Assembly: GCA_009724975.1 (NCBI GenBank)
Contig: SRXB01000001.1
Location: 1-46,522, forward strand
Length of the DNA stretch: 46,522 nt
Source: a bacterium
GTDB taxonomy: Bacteria > Desulfobacterota > Deferrisomatia > Deferrisomatales > BM512
Direction of reading: 5' to 3'
Both the position numbers and the translations under genes were made by a program. Within the stretch, counting starts at the first letter, position 1, and each line of letters opens with the position of its first letter. The notes under the pieces are model-generated. The model made no database searches, was not told the DNA's origin, and was given only the letters and a program-made list of their open reading frames with translations. Below are positions 19,326 through 29,267 of this stretch, piece after piece.

Positions 19326-21056
19326 ATGGCAAGACTAGCGCCCAAGAATGTCCCGTCGGATCTTGAAATCGCCCAGGCCCACAAAATGGAGCACATCCGC
19401 GACATCGCCCTCAAGGCGGGGTTGCTGGAGAGCGAAATCGAGTATTACGGCAACTACAAGGCCAAGATCGATTTCGAAGCGGTGCTCAAGCGCCTTGAAA
19501 AGAGGCCCGACGGCAAGCTCATCGACGTTACCGCCTGCACCCCCACTCCGCTGGGCGAAGGCAAGACCGTCACCTCGGTCGGCCTCAACGAAGGCCTCAA
19601 CAAAATCGGCGTAAATTCGATGCTCTGCCTGCGCCAGCCCAGCCTTGGGCCGGTTTTCGGCATCAAGGGCGGCGCCGCCGGCGGCGGTTACTCCCAGATC
19701 GTCCCGATGGAGGACCTGAACCTTCACTTCACCGGCGACATCCACGCCGTCTCCATCGCCCACAACCTCTGCTCCGCAGCCCTTGAGACCTCGCTCCTTC
19801 TGGGCAACCCCCTCAACATAGATCCCCATTCGATACAGTGGCGCCGCGTCGTCGACCTCAACGACCGCTCCCTGCGCCAGATCGTCGTCGGCCTCGGCGG
19901 CAAGCTCAACGGCGTGCCCCGCGAAACGGGCTTTGACATCTCCGTCGCCTCCGAAGTCATGGCGATTTTGGCCCTCGCGACCGACCTCAAGGACCTTCGC
20001 GCCCGCCTCGGCAGAATGCTCATCGGCTACACCTACGACGGCAAGCCAGTAACCGCCGAAGACCTCAAGGTCGCCGGCTCGATGACCGTTCTCATGAAGG
20101 ATGCCCTCAAGCCCAACCTCATCCAGTCCCTCGAAGGAAACCCGACGATCATCCACGCCGGCCCCTTCGCCAACATCGCTCACGGCAACAACTCCATCAT
20201 CGCCAACCGCGTCGGCCTCAAGCTGCGCGACTACGTCGTGACCGAGTCGGGCTTCGCCGCCGACATGGGCGCCGAGAAGTTCATGAACATCACCTGCCGC
20301 TACGGCGGCTTCAAGCCCAACTGCGCAGTCGTCACCTGCACCGTCCGCGCCCTCAAGATGCACGGCATGCCCGCCGGTGAAGCCTCCAAGATGACGCCCA
20401 AGCAGCTGGCCGAATACCTCAAGTCTCCGAACAACGCCTACCTCGAAAAGGGCCTTGAGAACCTCGCCAAGCACATCGAGAACATGAAGAAGTTCGGCAT
20501 ACCGGTAGTCAATACCGTCAACCGTTTCGCCTTCGACAACGACGACGAAATCAAGATCGTGCAGCGCGGCGCCGAAGCGGCTGGCGCTTCCGCCTCCGTT
20601 CCGATCGAAGTGTGGATGCACGGCGGCGCCGGCGCCACCGACGCGGCCCAGGAAGTCGTCAAGGCCTGCAACGAGCCCTCCAACTTCAAGTTCCTCTACC
20701 CCGACGAATGGACCATCAAGCAGAAGATCGAGATCATCTGCAAGGAAATCTACGGGGCCGACGGCGTCGTCTACCTGCCCGAAGCCGAGGACAAGATCAA
20801 GAAGTTCACCGAGATGGGCTACGGCAAGCTGCCGATGTGCATGGCCAAGACCCACCTCTCCCTCAGCGCCGACCCGAACCTCAAGGGGCGTCCGAAGGGC
20901 TTCACCGTAACCGTGCGCGACATCCGCGCCAGCCTCGGCGCAGGCTTCCTCTACCCGCTGCTCGGCGAAATGAGGACCATGCCCGGCCTTTCCGCCGACC
21001 CCGCTTACAAGTACATCGATGTGGACGAAAACGGCCTCATCAAGGGCCTGTTCTAG
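19326..21056 (+). CDS. fhs: Formate-tetrahydrofolate ligase
   Basis: PSDLEIAQ start, TPTPLGEGKTVTSVGL P-loop, GGAAGGGYSQIVPMEDLNLHFTGD; full length. Confidence 0.97.
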   Translation: MARLAPKNVPSDLEIAQAHKMEHIRDIALKAGLLESEIEYYGNYKAKIDFEAVLKRLEKRPDGKLIDVTACTPTPLGEGKTVTSVGLNEGLNKIGVNSMLCLRQPSLGPVFGIKGGAAGGGYSQIVPMEDLNLHFTGDIHAVSIAHNLCSAALETSLLLGNPLNIDPHSIQWRRVVDLNDRSLRQIVVGLGGKLNGVPRETGFDISVASEVMAILALATDLKDLRARLGRMLIGYTYDGKPVTAEDLKVAGSMTVLMKDALKPNLIQSLEGNPTIIHAGPFANIAHGNNSIIANRVGLKLRDYVVTESGFAADMGAEKFMNITCRYGGFKPNCAVVTCTVRALKMHGMPAGEASKMTPKQLAEYLKSPNNAYLEKGLENLAKHIENMKKFGIPVVNTVNRFAFDNDDEIKIVQRGAEAAGASASVPIEVWMHGGAGATDAAQEVVKACNEPSNFKFLYPDEWTIKQKIEIICKEIYGADGVVYLPEAEDKIKKFTEMGYGKLPMCMAKTHLSLSADPNLKGRPKGFTVTVRDIRASLGAGFLYPLLGEMRTMPGLSADPAYKYIDVDENGLIKGLF

Positions 21057-21159
21057 GCCATATAGCGGGTTTAAGAAGTAGTTTTTAGCTGTTGGAAAGC
21101 CTGGGGCGGCCCTTTAAGCGGGTCGCCCCGGGCAACCTCCCGACAGGGAGCAAAAAGAT

Positions 21160-23151
21160 TTGCCGACCAAGAAGCACACTGTCCGGTTCGAGCCGGACGG
21201 AGTTTCCGTAGATGTATTCGCTGATGGGGAAAATCTCCTTCGCGTAGCCCTTGTGGCGGGAGTGCACGTAAACGCCTCCTGCGGAGGGTCTGGCACCTGC
21301 GGAAAGTGCAAAGTGAAGATTCTCGAAGGGGAGCACGAGGCCGACAGGTCCTCGAAAATCTCCGACGAGCAGTGGCAGGAGGGCTTTCGCCTGGCCTGCC
21401 GCGCAAAGATTCTCGGCGACCTCGTGGTGGAGGTCCCGATCGAGTCCCGCCACGAAAAGGGAGTGCTGGCCCGCATAAGGGGCGACAAGCAAGACCACGT
21501 ACTGGCGCAAAAGCTTCTGAGCGCGGAACTTGAAACGGTCCCTCCAGAGCCGATTATAAGGAAATACTACCTTGAGCTGACCCCGCCCTCGGACGCGGAC
21601 AACATCTCCGACATGGGAAGGCTGGGGCAGGCGCTCAAAAGAGCCCATCGCATAGAGTCGGTGGGCGGCGAGTTCGAGATGCTCAAAACCCTTCCCCAGG
21701 TACTTAGGGAGGGGGAGTGGAAGGTTACGGCCACCGTCCTTACCGGAAGGTGCGGCAACAAAGTCCTGAAGGTCGAAAAGGGCGATGCGCGGGAAGAAAC
21801 CTACGCCCTGGCGATAGACATAGGCACCACGACCATCCACGCGCAACTTATAAACGCCTTCACCGGCAAAAAAATCGCCAAGGCCGCCGAATACAACGCC
21901 CAGATGTCGATGGGCGAGGACGTGATAACCAGAATCGTCCACGCGGTAAAGCCCGGCGGCCTTGAGGCCCTTCAAAAAAGGGCGGTGAAGACGATAAACG
22001 AAGTCTTAAAAGAGGTCTTTGACAAATCAGAGATAAAAAGAGAGCTGGTCACCCACGTAGTAATGGGCGGCAACACCACCATGACGCAGCTTTTGCTGGG
22101 AATCTACCCGAAATACATTAGAGAGGCGCCCTACGTCCCCGCCGCGAACCTCTTCCCGGTCTTCCCGGCAAGGGAGCTGGGCATCGATCTCCCCGCCGGA
22201 GTGCTGGCCTACACGATGCCCTGCGTCGCCTCCTACGTGGGCGGCGACATAACCGCGGGCGTTCTGGCCACCCAAATGCACCTGGGCGACGAGCTTACCC
22301 TCTTCATGGATGTCGGGACCAACGGCGAAATAGTCATAGGCAACAAGGACTGGATGGTTTCCGCCTCCGCCTCCGCCGGACCAGCCTTCGAGGGCGGCGG
22401 CGTTAAATTCGGCATGAGGGCCTCTTACGGAGCCATCGAGCAGGTCCGCATAAACCCGCTGGACCTTGAGCCCATGTTCATGACCATCGGGCAGGTAAAG
22501 CCCAAGGGAATCTGCGGCTCAGGGATGATAGATTGCATAGCCGAGCTTCAGCAGCGCGGAATAATCACCCAGAACGGCAAATTCAACAGGGAGCTCTCCG
22601 CGGTAAACTGGCGCATACGAGAAGGCGAGGGCGGCTGGGAATATGTCCTTTGCAAGGCCGAGGACAGCCAGCTTGAAGAAGACATCGCCATAACCGAGCC
22701 GGACATCGACAACCTTATTAGAACCAAGGCGTCTATATACTCCGCCTGTTCGGTTCTCTTAAGGTCGGTTGGCTTGCAGTTCACAGACCTGCAGAAAATA
22801 ATCATCGCGGGCGGCTTCGGTCAGTACATAGACGTGGGAAAGGCTATGACGATAGGGCTTTTGCCCGAGGTCGACCCGAACATCGTCAGCTACGGCGGAA
22901 ACACCAGCCTTGAAGGGTGCCGGATAGCGGCCCTTTACAAAGGCAAGGTTGAGGAGGCGGAGCAGATAGCATCGATGATAACCAACATCGAGCTCTCGGT
23001 ATCGGCCATATATATGGAAGAGTACGTGGCGGCGCTCTTTTTGCCCCACACGAGGATGGAAGACTTCCCCATACGCGCCAGGCGGTTAGAAGAGTCCAAA
23101 AAGTTCCTGGACGAGGTCAGGAAGGCCAACCCCTCTTCGGTTTTAAAGTAA
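21160..23151 (+). CDS. acsV: Reductive activator of the corrinoid Fe-S protein (RACo / AcsV): 2Fe-2S ferredoxin plus ASKHA ATPase
   Basis: N-terminal plant-type ferredoxin Cys motif (ASCGGSGTCGKCKV ... LACRA), then a DUF4445/ASKHA body (IDIGTTT, MDVGTNGEIV, ASAGPAFEGGG, IAGGFG). Lies inside the acs cluster. TTG start with GGGAG upstream. Confidence 0.88.
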   Translation: MPTKKHTVRFEPDGVSVDVFADGENLLRVALVAGVHVNASCGGSGTCGKCKVKILEGEHEADRSSKISDEQWQEGFRLACRAKILGDLVVEVPIESRHEKGVLARIRGDKQDHVLAQKLLSAELETVPPEPIIRKYYLELTPPSDADNISDMGRLGQALKRAHRIESVGGEFEMLKTLPQVLREGEWKVTATVLTGRCGNKVLKVEKGDAREETYALAIDIGTTTIHAQLINAFTGKKIAKAAEYNAQMSMGEDVITRIVHAVKPGGLEALQKRAVKTINEVLKEVFDKSEIKRELVTHVVMGGNTTMTQLLLGIYPKYIREAPYVPAANLFPVFPARELGIDLPAGVLAYTMPCVASYVGGDITAGVLATQMHLGDELTLFMDVGTNGEIVIGNKDWMVSASASAGPAFEGGGVKFGMRASYGAIEQVRINPLDLEPMFMTIGQVKPKGICGSGMIDCIAELQQRGIITQNGKFNRELSAVNWRIREGEGGWEYVLCKAEDSQLEEDIAITEPDIDNLIRTKASIYSACSVLLRSVGLQFTDLQKIIIAGGFGQYIDVGKAMTIGLLPEVDPNIVSYGGNTSLEGCRIAALYKGKVEEAEQIASMITNIELSVSAIYMEEYVAALFLPHTRMEDFPIRARRLEESKKFLDEVRKANPSSVLK

Positions 23152-23170
23152 GAAAGGCAGTAGTAAGGCT

Positions 23171-23917
23171 TTGGGTTTCAACATAGCGGTAGCCGGAAAG
23201 GGCGGAACCGGAAAAACAACGGTCACGGGACTGATGATCCGCCACCTGGTAAAGAAAAACGAAGGAAGGGTCCTGGCGGTTGACGCGGACGCCAACATGA
23301 ACCTCAACGAGGTTCTGGGGCTTTCCGTCCACCAGACGATAGGGCAGATAAGGGAGGGCTTGGGTGCCGTCCCCGCCGGAATGACCAAGGACGCGTACAT
23401 AAACTACCGGACCCAGGAATGCCTCATCGAGGGCGGCGGATACGACCTTATCTGCATGGGCAGGCCCGAAGGCCCCGGTTGCTACTGCTACGCTAACACC
23501 CTTTGCAAGAAATACGTCGACGAGATGGCGGACAACTACAAGTACGTAGTCCTCGACAACGAAGCCGGAATGGAGCACCTCTCAAGGCGGACTACCCACA
23601 ACATGGATGTCGTCTTCGCCGTCACCGATTCCTCGGTGAGAGGGATACAGGCCGCGGGCCGCATACGCGACCTCATTACCGAGCTCAAGCTTCGCATAGG
23701 AAAGATAGTGCTCGTGATCAACAGGGTCCCGGGCGGAGTTCTCGAAGACGCCACCAAGCGCGAGATAGAAAAACTGGGCATGGAACTCGGCGGGGTAATA
23801 CCCACCGACCCGAACGTCTACGAATACGACCTCGAAGGAAAAGCCACCTTCCTTCTGCCGGATGACTCGCCGGCGGTGAAGGCGGTATCGGAAATGTTGG
23901 AAAAATACCTGGGTTAG
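23171..23917 (+). CDS. cooC: CooC/AcsF-type Ni-insertion ATPase for CODH/ACS
   Basis: Deviant Walker A AGKGGTGKTT, MinD-like fold, CxC metal motif (GPGCYCYAN). TTG start at 23171. Confidence 0.88.
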   Translation: MGFNIAVAGKGGTGKTTVTGLMIRHLVKKNEGRVLAVDADANMNLNEVLGLSVHQTIGQIREGLGAVPAGMTKDAYINYRTQECLIEGGGYDLICMGRPEGPGCYCYANTLCKKYVDEMADNYKYVVLDNEAGMEHLSRRTTHNMDVVFAVTDSSVRGIQAAGRIRDLITELKLRIGKIVLVINRVPGGVLEDATKREIEKLGMELGGVIPTDPNVYEYDLEGKATFLLPDDSPAVKAVSEMLEKYLG

Positions 23918-23997
23918 GCCGGGAGGGAGAGATCCCGCCCCATCGATTTACTTACCCGTTTGGCGAATCGAGCCGACGGATGAAAGGAGAGAGAACC

Positions 23998-24945
23998 ATG
24001 GCATTCGAAATCCCGAAAGACTCCTACGCCGGGTCCATCAGAGAGATCTCGATAGGAAGCGGCGGAAAATCCCTGAAGGTAGGCGGCCAGAACGTCATGC
24101 CCCTTTGCAAGTTCGAAGGTGCCGTTCCCAACCGCGCCCTTGTGGCTATGGAAGTCTTTGACAAGGCCGCTGTGTCCGACAGCTGGGCCGCCGAAGCGAA
24201 GGCAGCCTTCGCCGACGTCCTTGGCGATCCCGTCGCCTGGGCGAAGAAAAACCTTGAGCTTGGCGCAGACCTCATCTGCCTGCAGCTCGCCTCCACCGAC
24301 CCCAACGGTCTCAACACCTCCGCCGCCGAAGCGGTAGAGACCGTCAAGAAGGTCGCCGCCGCCATCAACGTCCCCCTCATCGTCTGGGGCTGCGAAAACG
24401 CCGAGAAGGACGCCGAAGTTCTCTCCGCCGTGGCCGAAGCCTGCCAGGGCATGAACCTCGTCATCGGTCCCGCCACCGAAGACAACTACAAGAAGATCGG
24501 CGGCGCCGCCATCGCTTACGGCCACACCGTAATCGCCCAGACCCCCATCGACGTCAACATGGCCAAGCAGCTCAACATACTCCTCGGCAACCTTGGCGTC
24601 ACCGCCGACAAGATCATAATGGATCCCTCCACCGGCGCCTTGGGCTACGGCATCGAGTACAGCTACTCGGTCATCGAGCGCATGCGCCTCACCGGCCTCA
24701 AGCAGGGCGACGACAAGATGCAGCTCCCCGTCATCTGCGACGTCGCCAAATATGCCTGGAAGACCCGCGAATCCAACATCTCCGAGGCCGAGGAGCCCAC
24801 CTTCGGCGACATCGGCAAGCGCGGCGTCCTCTGGGAAATCATCACCGCCTCCGACCTTCTGGCCGCGGGCGCCGACATCCTGGTCCTGCGTCACCCCGAA
24901 GCGGTGCGCGTACTTAAAAAAGTTATCAACGACGTGATGGCGTAA
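23998..24945 (+). CDS. acsD: Corrinoid iron-sulfur protein small subunit
   Basis: AcsD/CdhD-like TIM-barrel sequence (VGGQNVMPLCKFEG, LICLQLASTDPNG). ATG 23998 has AAAGGAGAG upstream and is preferred over ATG 23980. Confidence 0.9.
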   Translation: MAFEIPKDSYAGSIREISIGSGGKSLKVGGQNVMPLCKFEGAVPNRALVAMEVFDKAAVSDSWAAEAKAAFADVLGDPVAWAKKNLELGADLICLQLASTDPNGLNTSAAEAVETVKKVAAAINVPLIVWGCENAEKDAEVLSAVAEACQGMNLVIGPATEDNYKKIGGAAIAYGHTVIAQTPIDVNMAKQLNILLGNLGVTADKIIMDPSTGALGYGIEYSYSVIERMRLTGLKQGDDKMQLPVICDVAKYAWKTRESNISEAEEPTFGDIGKRGVLWEIITASDLLAAGADILVLRHPEAVRVLKKVINDVMA

Positions 24946-24987
24946 GCCTCGCGCCGAATTATTCCCCCCAAGGGAGGTTAAAAGGAT

Positions 24988-26937
24988 ATGACGACACTCA
25001 GAGAAATCAAGGACATCACTATATGTGAGTCCACTGCCGAACTGCTCACGAAGGGGCGTGCGGACAGCGTGTCCACCGTCTTCGATCGCGCCGACGACAT
25101 CAAGCCCTGCCCCATCGGCGCACAGCAGGCTTGCTGCAAGCACTGCTACATGGGTCCCTGCAGACTTTCGACCAAGGCCCCCTACGAAAAAGTTGGCGTC
25201 TGCGGAGCCACCATCGACGTCTTCCAGGCCCGCGGCTTTGGACGCGCCGTAGCCGCCGGAACCGCCGCCCACTCCGACCATGGCCGCGAAATGGCCGAGC
25301 TCTTCCTCTCCGTTGCGAAGGGCGAAAACACCGACTACCAGATCCGCGACACCAAGAAGGTCTACACCATGGCCGGATACCTCGGCATCGCGACCGAGGG
25401 CCGGGAATTCAATGATATCGCCGTAGAAGTGGGCGAAGCCTGCCTTGCCCTGTTCAGCCAGCAGCACGGCCACATCAAGTTCCTTGAGCGCGCCCCGAAA
25501 AAGACCTTCCAGCGCTGGGCAGACCTCGGCATCCTCCCCCGCGGCGTCGACCGCGAGGTCGTCGAGATGATGCACCGCACCACCATGGGCGTCGACCAGG
25601 ACTACAAGAACATAGTCCTCGGCTCGGCCCGCTGCGCGCTGGCCGACGGCTGGGGCGGCTCGATGGTCTCCACCGGCCTCTCCGACGCCCTTTTCGGAAC
25701 CCCCTCGCCGGTAACCGCCGAAGTCGACCTCGGCGTCCTTGACGAAAAACGCGTCAACATCGTGGTCAACGGCCACGAGCCCCACGTCCTCGACATGATC
25801 GTACGCATGAGCGAAGACCCCGCGATGATCGCCAAGGCCAAGGCCCTAGGCGCCGAAGGCATCAACGTAGTCGGCATGTGCTGCTCCGGCAACGAGCAGC
25901 TCGTTCGCCGCGGCCTCAACCACGCCGGCAACTTCGTCATGGCCGACGCCGCCATCATCACCGGCATAGTCGACGCGATAATGGTTGACGTCCAGTGCAT
26001 CATGATGGGCCTCTCCACCATCTCCAAGTGCTACCACACCAAGTTCGTCACCACGAACTACCGCTGCAAGGTCGAAGGCGCGGAGCACGTCGAGTTCAAC
26101 GGCGAACACGGCGCCATGGAGACCGGCAAGAAGCTGGTCGAGCTCGCCATAGACAACTACAAGAACCGCGACAAGGCCAAGATCAAGGCCCCCTCCAAGA
26201 AAGAGAAGATGGTCGGCGGCTTCTCCCACGAAGCCATCAACTACATGCTCGGAGGCTCCTTCCGCGGCTCCTACAACCCCCTTAACGAAAACATCATCAA
26301 CGGCAAGATCCGCGGCGTGGTCGGCGTGGTCGGCTGCAACAACCCCCGCGTCAAGCACGACTGGGTACACGTCGAGCTGGTCAAGGAGCTCCTCAAGAAC
26401 GACATCCTCGTCGTCCAGACCGGATGCTCCGCCCTCGCGCTCGCCAAGCTCGGCTTCATGCAGCCCGAAGCCGCCGAAAAATACTGCGGCCCAGGCCTTC
26501 GCGAAGTCTGCGCCGCGGTCGGCATCCCGCCCGTACTCCACTCCGGCGCCTGCGTCGACAACAGCCGCATACTTGAAGCGGTCTGCGAAATGGTCGCCGC
26601 CGGCGGTCTCGGCAATGAGCTCGCCGACCTCCCCATCGCCGGCGCGGCTCCCGAGTACATGAGCGAAAAGGCCATAGCCATCGGCCACTACTTCGTCGCC
26701 AGCGGCGCCCTCGTAGCCTTCGGCGTAACCTTCCCCTACACCCCCAACACGAAGTTCGCCGACTACATCTTCAACGAGATCGAAAACGACCTCGGCGGCA
26801 AGTGGGCTTTCGAGCCGGACCCCTACGCGATGGCTAAGCTCATCATCGACCACATTGACAAGAAGCGCGAGGCGCTGGGAATAAATGTCGCGAAAGAGCG
26901 CGTGCTCTTCGACATGGAAGCCCGTCGTCAGCTCTAA
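24988..26937 (+). CDS. acsA: Ni,Fe carbon monoxide dehydrogenase catalytic subunit
   Basis: N-terminal D/B-cluster Cys motifs (CPIGAQQACCKHCYMGPC, GVCGA) and conserved CooS body (HSDHGREM, VNGHEP, MCCSGNE, GCNNP, SGACVDNSR). Confidence 0.96.
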   Translation: MTTLREIKDITICESTAELLTKGRADSVSTVFDRADDIKPCPIGAQQACCKHCYMGPCRLSTKAPYEKVGVCGATIDVFQARGFGRAVAAGTAAHSDHGREMAELFLSVAKGENTDYQIRDTKKVYTMAGYLGIATEGREFNDIAVEVGEACLALFSQQHGHIKFLERAPKKTFQRWADLGILPRGVDREVVEMMHRTTMGVDQDYKNIVLGSARCALADGWGGSMVSTGLSDALFGTPSPVTAEVDLGVLDEKRVNIVVNGHEPHVLDMIVRMSEDPAMIAKAKALGAEGINVVGMCCSGNEQLVRRGLNHAGNFVMADAAIITGIVDAIMVDVQCIMMGLSTISKCYHTKFVTTNYRCKVEGAEHVEFNGEHGAMETGKKLVELAIDNYKNRDKAKIKAPSKKEKMVGGFSHEAINYMLGGSFRGSYNPLNENIINGKIRGVVGVVGCNNPRVKHDWVHVELVKELLKNDILVVQTGCSALALAKLGFMQPEAAEKYCGPGLREVCAAVGIPPVLHSGACVDNSRILEAVCEMVAAGGLGNELADLPIAGAAPEYMSEKAIAIGHYFVASGALVAFGVTFPYTPNTKFADYIFNEIENDLGGKWAFEPDPYAMAKLIIDHIDKKREALGINVAKERVLFDMEARRQL

Positions 26938-26958
26938 GGCACCAGGGAGGCATAAAAT

Positions 26959-29163
26959 ATGTCTAAGATCATCCTTTCAGGAGTTATACGCGGCGCGCAC
27001 GAAGTATACGCCCGCGTGGAAAAGAAAGTTAACGCCGCCATCGCGAAGTTTGGCGCCGACAAGGAAGTCAAGCTTCCCAACACCGGCTACTACCTGCCCG
27101 TAATCTACGGCATCCTCGGGATGAAGGTGGAAAAGCTGGGCGACATGCTCCCTGTGCTTGCCAAGTGCAAAGAGCTCCTGCCCCCGCAGGTTGCGGACGC
27201 CCTCTGGGTTCCCTACCTCGGCCACGGCCTCGACGCCGGCATGCAGACCCTCTTCTGCTTCGACATGGAAGAGGCCCTCAAGTACCTTGAAGACCCGATC
27301 CCCTACGTTCTCGGCGAAGATCCCACCGAGGATAACCTCTGGCTGGGCGCCGCCGACGACATCATCATGAGAAAGCGCGGCGTCGAATTCGTCGACGGCT
27401 CCGCCCCTGGCTTCGCGGCCATCGTCGGCGCGGCTCCCAACAAGGAGATCGCCGCAGCCATGGCCAAAGAGCTCCAGGAAAAGAGCATCTACGTCTTCAT
27501 GGCCGGCAGCCACAACGGCACCAGCTTCGCCGAGCAGCTCCATGAGGCCGGCGTACAGGTCGGCTGGCCCACCCGTCTTGTCCCCTTCGGCAAGGACACC
27601 TCCGCCGCCATACACGCGGTTGGCTTCGCCACCCGCGCCGCGATGGCCTTCGGCGGCGTCCAGCCCGGCGACTACGCCGGCATCCTCCGCTACCAGAAGA
27701 ACCGCGTCTTCGCCTTCGTCGTCGCGCTCGGCACCGTCACCGACGAGTGGTACGCGGCCGCGGCGGGCGCCATCAACTATGGCTTCCCGACCATCGCCGA
27801 CTCCAACATCCCGCAGATACTCGTCACCGGCATCTGCACCTACGAGCACGTCGTCTCCAACATCCCCCACGACCAGATCGTGCAGAAGGCCATCGAAGTA
27901 CGCGGCCTGAAGATCCACATCTCCAAGATCGACATCCCCGTCTCCTACTCGCCCGCCTACGAAGGCGAGCGCATAGGCAAGGACGCGATGCACGTCGAAC
28001 TCGGCGGCCCCAAGGCCGACGGCTTCGAATTCTGCCAGACCCTTCCCCTCGACCAGGTGGAAGACGGCAAGTTCACCGTCATCGGCAAAGACCTCGCCGA
28101 CTTCGAGCCCGGCACCGTCACCCCGCTCGCGATCTGGGTTGAAGTCGCCGGTCGCAACATGCAGGCCGACTTCGAGCCGATCCTTGAGCGCCAGATTCAC
28201 CACCTGCTCAACGGCGCGGAAGGCATACTCCACATCGGCCAGCGCGACATCCTCTGGATGCGCGTCTCCAAAAAGGCCGTCGGCGCGGGCCTCTCGCTCA
28301 AGCACTTCGGCACGATCCTTCACGCCAAGCTCCACAACGAGTTCGGCAAGATCGTGGACAAGGTTCAGGTCACCCTCTACACCGACCCCGCGAAGGTCAA
28401 AGAACTGCTCGAAAAGGCCCGTCACACCTACCGCGAGCGCGAGGAGCGCCTCGGCGCGATGACGGACGAAACGGTCGAGCTTTTCTACAGCTGCACGCTG
28501 TGCCAGTCCTTCGCCCCCGACCACGTCTGCGTAATCACCCCCGAGCGTCCCGGCCTGTGCGGCGCCTACAACTGGCTCGACGGCAAGGCCGCCTTCGAAA
28601 TCACCCCCACCGGCCCCAACCAGCCGATAGCCAAGGGAGACGTAATAGACTCCAACCTCGGCCAGTGGACCGGCGTCAACCAGTTCGTCTACCAGAACTC
28701 CCATGAGGCCGTCCCCTCCTTCAGCGCCTACTCGCTGATGGTCGACCCGATGACCTCCTGCGGTTGCTTCGAGGCGATAACCGTCCTTCTGCCGATGGCC
28801 AACGCCGTCATGGTCGTCGATCGCGACTACGCCGGCATGACCCCCTGCGGCATGCCCTTCTCGACCCTCGCCGGCTCCGTCGGCGGCGGCGCCCAGACCC
28901 CGGGCTTCGTTGGAATGTCGAAGTTCTACATCGGCTCCAAGAAGTTCATCTCCGGCGACGGCGGAATCGCCCGCCTCGCATGGCTCCCCAAGGCTCTCAA
29001 GGAGTCCCAGAAGGAAGTCATCGACCGCCGCGGCCAGGAAATCGGCGTACCCGATCTTTACGACAAGATCGCCACCGAAGCCGACGCCGTGACGGAAGAG
29101 GAAGTGGTCGCGTTCATGGAGAAGGTGGGACACCCCGCCCTCACCATGGACCCCATGATGTAA
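26959..29163 (+). CDS. acsB: Acetyl-CoA synthase (A-cluster subunit), bacterial type
   Basis: 734 aa with N-terminal CODH-docking domain. A-cluster ligand motifs are CTLCQSFAPDHVCVITPERPGLCGA and SCGCFE. Confidence 0.96.
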   Translation: MSKIILSGVIRGAHEVYARVEKKVNAAIAKFGADKEVKLPNTGYYLPVIYGILGMKVEKLGDMLPVLAKCKELLPPQVADALWVPYLGHGLDAGMQTLFCFDMEEALKYLEDPIPYVLGEDPTEDNLWLGAADDIIMRKRGVEFVDGSAPGFAAIVGAAPNKEIAAAMAKELQEKSIYVFMAGSHNGTSFAEQLHEAGVQVGWPTRLVPFGKDTSAAIHAVGFATRAAMAFGGVQPGDYAGILRYQKNRVFAFVVALGTVTDEWYAAAAGAINYGFPTIADSNIPQILVTGICTYEHVVSNIPHDQIVQKAIEVRGLKIHISKIDIPVSYSPAYEGERIGKDAMHVELGGPKADGFEFCQTLPLDQVEDGKFTVIGKDLADFEPGTVTPLAIWVEVAGRNMQADFEPILERQIHHLLNGAEGILHIGQRDILWMRVSKKAVGAGLSLKHFGTILHAKLHNEFGKIVDKVQVTLYTDPAKVKELLEKARHTYREREERLGAMTDETVELFYSCTLCQSFAPDHVCVITPERPGLCGAYNWLDGKAAFEITPTGPNQPIAKGDVIDSNLGQWTGVNQFVYQNSHEAVPSFSAYSLMVDPMTSCGCFEAITVLLPMANAVMVVDRDYAGMTPCGMPFSTLAGSVGGGAQTPGFVGMSKFYIGSKKFISGDGGIARLAWLPKALKESQKEVIDRRGQEIGVPDLYDKIATEADAVTEEEVVAFMEKVGHPALTMDPMM

Positions 29164-29267
29164 TTTAATTAAGTAACGGCCCGGCGGGGCGATAGACGCT
29201 CCGCCGGGTCCATTGCAAGAAAAAACGCTCTCTTACGAGCGGTTCAGGATGAAAGGAGAATCGGGCC

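Noticed and set aside
26977-29133. Very long antisense ORFs opposite well-identified genes. Examples are 718 aa opposite acsB, 623 aa at 23914-25785 opposite acsD/acsA and 506 aa at 19335-20855 opposite fhs. Others are 408 aa at 29244-30470 opposite acsC, 397 aa at 33920-35113 opposite the 5S gene and 335 aa at 25846-26853.
   Set aside because: Each mirrors a gene with unmistakable family motifs on the other strand. Their translations are low-complexity G/A/V/D/E/L/H-rich strings typical of stop-free antisense frames of GC3-rich genes. They have no RBS or recognisable domains. Treated as shadow ORFs, not overlapping genes.
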